Origin: Tagaea sp.
Lineage (GTDB): Bacteria > Pseudomonadota > Alphaproteobacteria > CACIAM-22H2
DNA length: 64,000 nucleotides
Direction: 5' to 3'
NCBI GenBank assembly: GCA_965279525.1
Contig: CBDIIB010000002.1
Coordinates: 320,001-384,000 of the forward strand
The notes beneath the pieces were generated by a model that saw only the letters and a list, made by a program, of their open reading frames with translations, was not told where the DNA came from and ran no database searches. The translations under genes and the position numbers were made by a program. Shown one piece after another: positions 57,673 to 64,000 of the stretch (the first letter of the stretch is position 1; every line of letters starts with the position of its first letter).

Positions 57673-58317
57673 TCAGGTTTGTGCGGTCAGGGCCCGGACA
57701 TAGCGCCGTTCGACTTCCTGCCAGTCGATATTGCGCATGAACGCATCGACGTACTTCGGTGCGGCAGCGCCATAGTCGATCTGGTATGCATGCTCGTACA
57801 TGTCGAGCACCAGCAGCGGCACGCCGGCGGCGATGCCTTGCGTGTGATCGCTGGCCCAATGGTTGCGCAGCGTCCGGGTATGGAGATTGTAGACGAGAAC
57901 GCACCAGCCTGACCCGCCTGCAAGCGACAGGCCTGTCCGCCGGAACTCGGCCTCCCAATTCGCGAAGGTCCCGAAGGCCGCAGCGAGTGCGTCGACGATC
58001 GTCCCGGCCGGCTTGCCGTCACCGCCGAGATTTCCGAAATAGCAGTCGTGAAGGACGATCGAGCCGGTGCGATGGAGTTCTTCGCGCTTCAGTCCAGAAT
58101 AAAGGACCGGCGGAAAATCGACGTCGCGCAACGCGCCATCGAGATGCTCCTCGACGAGATTCAGCCCGTTGACCGATGCGACATAGTTGTTCTTCCAGTG
58201 GGAGAGAAGGAGCTTGACGGACAGACCCTCGCAACGCGACGGATCGAAGGCGAGCGGGCGGGGTGCATGCGCGCCCGCGAAGGCCGGCGGCCGGCGTGTG
58301 GCGGACTGGCCGTCCAT
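57673..58317 (-). CDS. Fe/Mn superoxide dismutase family protein (ChrC-like)
   Basis: SHWKNNY, LHDCYF, GGSGW and DMYEHAY motifs. Confidence 0.87.
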   Translation of the reverse strand: MDGQSATRRPPAFAGAHAPRPLAFDPSRCEGLSVKLLLSHWKNNYVASVNGLNLVEEHLDGALRDVDFPPVLYSGLKREELHRTGSIVLHDCYFGNLGGDGKPAGTIVDALAAAFGTFANWEAEFRRTGLSLAGGSGWCVLVYNLHTRTLRNHWASDHTQGIAAGVPLLVLDMYEHAYQIDYGAAAPKYVDAFMRNIDWQEVERRYVRALTAQT

Positions 58318-58700
58318 CAGCTCTTTTCCGGCGCGCGCCAGTAGCTCGGCGCCTTGTAATAGTCGTCCACCGTGCGCCCGTAATCGGGCGTCCATTCGAA
58401 ATCCGATCCCGTCGAATAGGTCGGCGCACCGACGAGCTTTTCCTTGTCGAGATCGACCACGTAGCCGCCCTTCGCCTCGTCGTAGTTCAGCGTCGCCCAG
58501 GGGAGCGGATGGTATTTCTCGCCCATGCCGAGAAAGCCGCCGAAAGACATGACCGCGTAGATCGCGCGGCCGGAGACCTTGTCGATCATGATGTCGTCGA
58601 CGCTGCCGAGTTTCTCGCCCGCCACGTTGTAGACGTTGGTGCCTTCGACCTTGTCGGCGGCGATCAGGGTTCCGGTCGTAATCGAAGTGTCCTCGGTCAT
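58317..58700 (-). CDS. PRC-barrel domain protein
   Basis: VEGTNVYN...LGSVDDIMIDK...YAVMSFGGFLG...PLPW. Confidence 0.9.
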   Translation of the reverse strand: MTEDTSITTGTLIAADKVEGTNVYNVAGEKLGSVDDIMIDKVSGRAIYAVMSFGGFLGMGEKYHPLPWATLNYDEAKGGYVVDLDKEKLVGAPTYSTGSDFEWTPDYGRTVDDYYKAPSYWRAPEKS

Positions 58701-58762
58701 TCTGGCGTTCCTTTGGTTTGCTCGCCGGACAGTAGCCGTCCGCGGCAGCCGACCGCGAGACT

Positions 58763-58800
58763 CGGAAACTACCTAGACGCGCTTCTCTAAGTAGATTCCG
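58763..58800. promoter_or_regulatory. Inverted pair of the shared motif CGGAAWCTACYTA in a divergent promoter
   Basis: CGGAAACTACCTAG at 58763 and CTAAGTAGATTCCG at 58787; further copies at 61117, 61393 and 62061. Confidence 0.7.
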
Positions 58801-58871
58801 ATCCTTCCGGCCCGCCATCGCCGACGCCTATGGTCGCCGGAATGGGACGCTTCACTCGAAAGGGGCATCAC

Positions 58872-59063
58872 ATGGAAATGGAATACGGTCCGTTCGGCGT
58901 CGCCAACCTGATCGCCGATGCCGGTCGTGGCATCGCGCACGCGTGGAGTGCCGCGACGGGCAGCGAAAAGCTGACGTGGATGCTGCTCATCGCCGCATTT
59001 CCGGCAGTGGCATATGCCGTCTGGCGCCTGGCCGGACGACACGGCCCTCGGCACTACGGCTGA
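58872..59063 (+). CDS. Small membrane protein
   Basis: RBS and a single TM segment. Confidence 0.5.
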   Translation: MEMEYGPFGVANLIADAGRGIAHAWSAATGSEKLTWMLLIAAFPAVAYAVWRLAGRHGPRHYG

Positions 59064-59097
59064 GCATCAAATCGAAACGACAACGTGGAGACAGTCG

Positions 59098-59283
59098 ATG
59101 GACAAGGACCGCATCAAAGGCTCGCTCAAGCAGATCACCGGCGGCATCAAGGAAGCGGCCGGCAAGCTTCTCGGCGACAAGAAGACGGAGACGGCCGGCA
59201 AGATCGAGAAGGCGGACGGTGCCGTCCAGAATGCCATCGGCGGAATGAAGGACAGCATCCGCGAGACGATGGGAAAGAAATAG
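59098..59283 (+). CDS. CsbD family stress protein
   Basis: MDKDRIKGSLKQITGGIKEAAGKLLGD. Confidence 0.9.
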   Translation: MDKDRIKGSLKQITGGIKEAAGKLLGDKKTETAGKIEKADGAVQNAIGGMKDSIRETMGKK

Positions 59284-59321
59284 TGCCCAACTCATACAGC
59301 CAGAACTGGAGTCAGAAAGTC

Positions 59322-59636
59322 ATGATCAACACAAGATCGGTTCTCAATGCCACTTTTGCGGGCTTGCTTGCACTTTCGATCGTCGGCTGTGCCGGAACCA
59401 GCACCACGTCAAGCGCCGGCGAATATATCGACGACTCGGTGATCAGCAATACGGTCCGCTCCCAGGTGATTGCCGACAAGGACCTGAAGCTCACCCAGAT
59501 CGACGTCGAGACCTTCAAGGGCGTCGTCCAGCTGAGCGGCTTCGTCGACACGCAGGCCGCCAAGTCGCGCGCCGGCTGGGTCGCCGGCGGCGTCAACGGC
59601 GTCAAGCAGGTCCATAACAACCTGATCGTCAAATAA
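59322..59636 (+). CDS. BON domain lipoprotein
   Basis: Lipobox IVGC; GEYIDDSVIS and VETFKGVVQLSGFV motifs. Confidence 0.9.
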   Translation: MINTRSVLNATFAGLLALSIVGCAGTSTTSSAGEYIDDSVISNTVRSQVIADKDLKLTQIDVETFKGVVQLSGFVDTQAAKSRAGWVAGGVNGVKQVHNNLIVK

Positions 59637-59656
59637 CGTACCGATCAGGCGGACAG

Positions 59657-59698
59657 ACGGAAAAGCCCGGCACGCATGCGTGCCGGGCTTTTCCGTCG
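59657..59698. terminator. Bidirectional intrinsic terminator
   Basis: GACGGAAAAGCCCGGCACGC-AT-GCGTGCCGGGCTTTTCCGTC between convergent genes. Confidence 0.85.
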
Positions 59699-59747
59699 TG
59701 GCAGGTGGCGTTGCCGGCCCGTCGTGGCGACGGACCGGCGAAGCCGA

Positions 59748-60221
59748 TCAGTTGAACAGCTTCACGACGGTGATGTCGACGACGCGGTTGCGACGGTCTG
59801 CGGCATCGTCGGCCGTGGCGACTTCCTGCTTGGTCTCGCCGGTCCAGGTCGTGTCGATACGGCCGGAGGGCACGCCCGCCGCGATCAGTGCGCTGCGGAC
59901 AGTGTCCGCACGGCGCTGCGACAGGATCATGTTGGCCGACTGGGTGCCGACGCGATCGGTCTTGCCGATGACGTTCACGCGGGTGGTCGAGTTGTTCGTC
60001 ACGACATAAGCGACGTTGCGGACGATCGTCCGGCCGCGGTCGCCGATTTCGGTGCTGTTGGTGTCGAAATAGATCTCGTACCAGGCGCCGGCGAGTTCGG
60101 GGCCGGCGACCGAGGCGACCGGTGCCGATGCAGTTGCAGCCGGCTGCTGCGTGCAGGCGGCTCCCATTGCGAGTGCGAGCGTGGCGACGAAGGCGCGTGC
60201 GATCGTGGAATGCGATGTCAT
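59748..60221 (-). CDS. OmpA-family lipoprotein
   Basis: IYFDTNS, GKTDRVG...NMILSQRRA and RNRVVDI motifs. Confidence 0.88.
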   Translation of the reverse strand: MTSHSTIARAFVATLALAMGAACTQQPAATASAPVASVAGPELAGAWYEIYFDTNSTEIGDRGRTIVRNVAYVVTNNSTTRVNVIGKTDRVGTQSANMILSQRRADTVRSALIAAGVPSGRIDTTWTGETKQEVATADDAADRRNRVVDITVVKLFN

Positions 60222-60258
60222 TGGATTCTCCGTTCTCTGATGTTGGGATGCAGCTGGC

Positions 60259-60501
60259 TCAGCGCCAGATGGGTCGTCCGAGATTGATCTGCTTTTCGTT
60301 GGTCAGCGCACCGGTGCCACCGCCGACGGCGCCGCCGATCAGTGCGCCTTCGAGAGGTGCCCCGACCATCAGCCCGCCAAGCAGGCCGACGCCGGCACCG
60401 ATGCCGGCACCGGATGCGGCGCGATCACCGGTCGTGTTCCCGCATGCCGCGAGTGTAAGAAGCAGTGCCAGAAGCACCGCCGAGTTCCTTGTCCGATTCA
60501 T
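60259..60501 (-). CDS. Glycine-zipper lipoprotein
   Basis: Lipobox LAAC; GAGIGAGVG...GALIGGAVGG. Confidence 0.82.
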   Translation of the reverse strand: MNRTRNSAVLLALLLTLAACGNTTGDRAASGAGIGAGVGLLGGLMVGAPLEGALIGGAVGGGTGALTNEKQINLGRPIWR

Positions 60502-60534
60502 GTTCTGTCTCCGGTTGGTTCGAAAGCGCGGATT

Positions 60535-61011
60535 TCAGCGCGGGATGCACTGGAAGGTCGCCGTCTTCGACCCGTTCGCGTTCATGCCGATGTTCGAGAC
60601 AGTCTGCTGCTGTCCGCTGTTCGAGCAGTAAAGCTGGGCATTGCGGGACCCATCGAGAAGCTCCTGGTCCGTCCGATAGGTGTAGGACAGGTTCTGATTG
60701 GCCTGCGCCATCTGGGGAGCCATCGGACCGGCCGGGACACAGTCGAATACGACGCTGCGGCCGCCGTTCGCCTCGTTGGCGAAGCGCACGGTCTGCGGTA
60801 CCGATTGATAGCGGTTGCAGAACATCGAAGCGCTCTGGTTGGCCTGGATGAGTTCGGAATCGCTTGTGTAGGTGTAGGTGACGCTTGGATTGGTCGCCTT
60901 GACCTGCATGGGTGCCGAACTCTGAGGCGTGCAGGCTGCCACGGCGAGGCCTGCCACGATCGCGGCCGCGAAGGCACCCGCTGTACGCGCATGTCCGAAT
61001 AGGATCGACAT
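60535..61011 (-). CDS. Lipoprotein with two internal repeats
   Basis: Lipobox VAAC; YTYTSDSEL...MFC...FDC and YTYRTDQEL...LYC...FQC. Confidence 0.75.
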   Translation of the reverse strand: MSILFGHARTAGAFAAAIVAGLAVAACTPQSSAPMQVKATNPSVTYTYTSDSELIQANQSASMFCNRYQSVPQTVRFANEANGGRSVVFDCVPAGPMAPQMAQANQNLSYTYRTDQELLDGSRNAQLYCSNSGQQQTVSNIGMNANGSKTATFQCIPR

Positions 61012-61135
61012 CGGGATTTCTCCCTTTCATTGTTTGTTTGTTTTCGGGCTACAAGCCGGTCTCGGGCTTGGCCTGATGCTGCGACTTTATGAGTCTGTCG
61101 CCTGGCGCGGTAGGATCGGAATCTACCTAGGGTTT

Positions 61136-61300
61136 TCAGATCCGCCCGAGCAGGATCAGGACGATCACGATGATCAGGATCGTGCCGAGTACCCCGACGC
61201 CGCCGTGCCCGAATCCGTACCCGTAACCGCCGAAGCGGCCGCTGAAACCGCCGAGCAGGAAGATGACGAGGATGATGGCGAGAATGGTGCCGAGCGACAT
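61136..61300 (-). CDS. DUF3309-like small membrane protein (not in the supplied ORF track)
   Basis: MSLGTILAIILVIFLLGGFSGRFGGYGYG...LILLGRI. Confidence 0.8.
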   Translation of the reverse strand: MSLGTILAIILVIFLLGGFSGRFGGYGYGFGHGGVGVLGTILIIVIVLILLGRI

Positions 61301-61402
61301 TGCAGGAATTCCTTGATGTGGGTGGCGTGCCGCCGGCCAGCCCGGGGTTCGCGCGCGCTTATATCGCGCGGCGTCCGGTCGGCGGCCAGCCCCGGAAACT
61401 AC

Positions 61403-61963
61403 TCAGGGGCCGAAGGCGGACAGGAACGCGATCGGGTCGGCCCGGATGACGGCAGCATGCGTGTCGATCCGTGCCGCGTCGGACGCCACGAACACGCCAC
61501 GCGCATGTGCGAAATCCGGGCTGGTGCCATGCGCAATGACGATGTATCCGTCCGCCTTCACGGCGAACTCGTACTGGACCACGCTGTCGCTCGGGATTCC
61601 GATCCCGGATAGCGCGATTCCGATCGCATTCGATCCGCCGGTGCGGTTCGCGTCGTCGACGGCCGACATCGCCCTCGTCGCGAGGCTCCCGAGCACGATG
61701 ACATGGCCGACGGCCGGCACGGTCACGAACAGGCCACCCGAAAACAGGCTCCAAAGACGCGCCCAGAACGCACCGCGTTCGCCCCAGAAGCGGACTTTCC
61801 CTCCGGTGTCGAAAAAGCCGACGGCCTTGTCGCCCCGGTCGTAGGCTTTCCCGAGAACGCTGAGGGAATCGACCGCAAACCCCTCCTGCGTGAGGCGCCG
61901 CACGGCAACCTCGGCGGCCCCATGGTCGGCGAAAACGGCGATGACCGAGCCAGATGCATGCAT
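61403..61963 (-). CDS. General stress protein / DUF1269-like membrane protein
   Basis: SVIAVFADHGAAE...LSVLGK...FWGERGAFW...QYEFAVKADGY. Confidence 0.7.
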   Translation of the reverse strand: MHASGSVIAVFADHGAAEVAVRRLTQEGFAVDSLSVLGKAYDRGDKAVGFFDTGGKVRFWGERGAFWARLWSLFSGGLFVTVPAVGHVIVLGSLATRAMSAVDDANRTGGSNAIGIALSGIGIPSDSVVQYEFAVKADGYIVIAHGTSPDFAHARGVFVASDAARIDTHAAVIRADPIAFLSAFGP

Positions 61964-62174
61964 TTTTCGCCCTCGAGACGGGAATCGAATGACGGTTCCA
62001 CATCGCCGTACGTCGAACCGGGCAACCATCTAGACCTCGATGCGGTCTCCGGGCGAGCATCGGAATCTACCTATACCCAGTTCACGCGACCGGACCCTCG
62101 ATTTACGCCTTCGGGGCGCGGATGCGTGATAGCTTTCCTCGAATGACATTCCGCGCGCCGACCTACACGGATCG

Positions 62175-64000
62175 ATGACTGCAATGCGCGGCACAAAGTC
62201 CCCGTCGATTGGCAAGGTGCCGCTGGCGCAGATGGGACAGGCGGCTGATCGACGCACGATGGCGAACGATCTGCGGAACGTCCTCTACAGCACAGATGTC
62301 GCGACGATCTTTCTGGATACGTCATTGAACATCCGCCTCTTCACGCCGGCCACGACGGCGCTCTTCCGTGTGGTTCCGGACGATATCGGGCGGCCGCTGG
62401 CCGATCTGCAGTCGCTGGCTTCGGATGCGACGCTGCTGGCCGACGCACATGCCGTGCTGGCGGACCTGACGCCGATCGAACGGGAGATCGGTGCTGCGAG
62501 CGGTGCCTGGTTCATCCGGCGGGTCCTGCCGTGCCGCGCGCCGGACGACGCGGTCGAGGGCGTGGTCATCACGTTCACGGACGTAACGGAGAGAAAACTT
62601 ATCGCACTTGCACTGGAGGCGGCGAAGCACCAGGCCGAGCAAGCGAATATCGCCAAGTCGCGCTTTCTTGCTGCGGCAAGCCACGATCTTCGTCAGCCGC
62701 TGCAGACGCTCGCGTTGCTCCAGGGATTGCTCGCGAAAACTGCCGACGCGACGAAAATGCAGAAACTTGTCGTGCGGCTCGACGAAGCGCTGGCCACGAT
62801 GTCGGGCATGCTCAATACGCTCCTCGACATCAACCAGATCGAAGCCGGGATCGTGAAGGCCGAGATCGCCCGGTTTCCGGTCGACGCACTCCTCGACCGG
62901 GTTCGGGAGGAGTACGCGGACCAGGCGGAATCCGACGGATTGAAGCTCAGGGTCGTCGGGTGCGGCGTGTTGGTCGCGAGCGACAGGCACCTGCTCGAGC
63001 AGATGCTCCGCAATCTCGTCTCGAACGCGCTCAAATACACCAAGCGTGGCAAGGTCCTGGTGGGCTGCCGCCGTCGGGCCGGCCTGTTGAGCATCGAAGT
63101 CTGGGATACGGGCATCGGCATCCCGGCGACGGAGCTCGAAGCGATCTTCGAAGAGTACCATCAGCTCGGCAATGTCGCACGGCAGAGAAGTCTCGGCCTT
63201 GGCCTCGGCCTGTCGATCGTGAAGCGTTTGAGCTTGCTCCTCAAGCACAAGATCCGTGTGCGCTCGAGATTGGGCGGAGGCTCCGTCTTCGCGATTGATA
63301 TTCCGACGAAGGGCGATTCGGTTCCTGCAGGCATCGCGTCGAGCGTCCGTGACGCGGCTGCCGAAGAAAGTCCGAAAGCCCGGCGAACCGGCACCGTTCT
63401 CGTGGTCGAGGACGATCCGGAAGTACGGGATCTGCTGGAACTCCTGCTTGCCGAGGAAGGCCATCGGGTCGTCACCGCCTCGGATGGAGTCGTCGCACTC
63501 GGGCTCGTCAAGACCGGCAAGGCGCATCCCGACATCGTCCTGGCCGACTATAATCTTCCGAACGGTCTCGATGGACTTCAGACCATCGCGAAGGTCCGCG
63601 AGAGCCTTCGCCGGCTCGTGCCGGCGATTGTCCTGACCGGCGACATTTCGACCGGAGCATTGAGCAATATCGCGCGACACAGCTGCATTCTTCTCAACAA
63701 ACCGGTGAAGACGAAGGAACTGGTGCAGGCCATCCAGCGACAGCTGGGCGGTCTGACGCCCGACGTCGAAGCACCGCAAGCGACTGGCAGGGGCGCAAGC
63801 GGTCCGGAACGTGCGGTCGTTTACGTCGTCGACGATGACGATGGCGTGCGCGGCGCATTGCGAAGTGTGCTCGAGGCGGATGGACATGCTGTCGAGGACT
63901 ACGGCAGCGGCGAGTCGTTCCTGGCGGCATTCCGCCCCGGCGGCGAAGGCTGCCTGCTGGTGGATGCCCATCTGCCCGGAATGAGCGGACTCGAGCTTCT
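62175..64000 (+). CDS. Hybrid sensor histidine kinase PAS-HisKA-HATPase-REC-REC (runs off the window; start uncertain)
   Basis: Read directly: DVATIFLD...IRLFTP (PAS), SHDLRQPL, NLVSNALKYT, DTGIGI, GLGLGL, two receiver domains (VEDD, VDDD). Confidence 0.88.
   Translation, partial: MTAMRGTKSPSIGKVPLAQMGQAADRRTMANDLRNVLYSTDVATIFLDTSLNIRLFTPATTALFRVVPDDIGRPLADLQSLASDATLLADAHAVLADLTPIEREIGAASGAWFIRRVLPCRAPDDAVEGVVITFTDVTERKLIALALEAAKHQAEQANIAKSRFLAAASHDLRQPLQTLALLQGLLAKTADATKMQKLVVRLDEALATMSGMLNTLLDINQIEAGIVKAEIARFPVDALLDRVREEYADQAESDGLKLRVVGCGVLVASDRHLLEQMLRNLVSNALKYTKRGKVLVGCRRRAGLLSIEVWDTGIGIPATELEAIFEEYHQLGNVARQRSLGLGLGLSIVKRLSLLLKHKIRVRSRLGGGSVFAIDIPTKGDSVPAGIASSVRDAAAEESPKARRTGTVLVVEDDPEVRDLLELLLAEEGHRVVTASDGVVALGLVKTGKAHPDIVLADYNLPNGLDGLQTIAKVRESLRRLVPAIVLTGDISTGALSNIARHSCILLNKPVKTKELVQAIQRQLGGLTPDVEAPQATGRGASGPERAVVYVVDDDDGVRGALRSVLEADGHAVEDYGSGESFLAAFRPGGEGCLLVDAHLPGMSGLEL

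Overview
GC-rich alphaproteobacterial chromosome segment (Rhodospirillales-like by gene content; inference). 1-18.5 kb is mostly core: sodC, L,D-transpeptidase, serC-serA, hisZ-purA, rpoH, an RluA-family pseudouridine synthase, threonine aldolase and tRNA-Glu(CTC). Two accessory features interrupt it: an AT-rich two-gene cassette bracketed by a ~390-bp direct repeat of the serA 3' end, and a tandemly duplicated pseudokinase + membrane-protein module with matching CtrA-like promoters. Downstream of the tRNA lie three integrative elements in tandem (about 18.5-28.5, 28.5-49.4 and 49.4-55.1 kb). Each ends in a copy of the tRNA 3' end and has its own tyrosine integrase and its own pair of arm-type repeats. 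Their cargo is mainly anti-phage: C5-methyltransferase + BglII/BstYI-family nuclease, HNH-NACHT protein, GIY-YIG nuclease, and type I R-M with an embedded GmrSD gene. Satellite-like replication genes with iteron-like repeats are also present. The last 9 kb hold small stress/envelope genes sharing a 14-bp upstream motif at fixed spacing, next to a hybrid sensor kinase cut by the window edge. No CRISPR array or rRNA was seen. All family assignments come from motif recognition by eye, not database searches.
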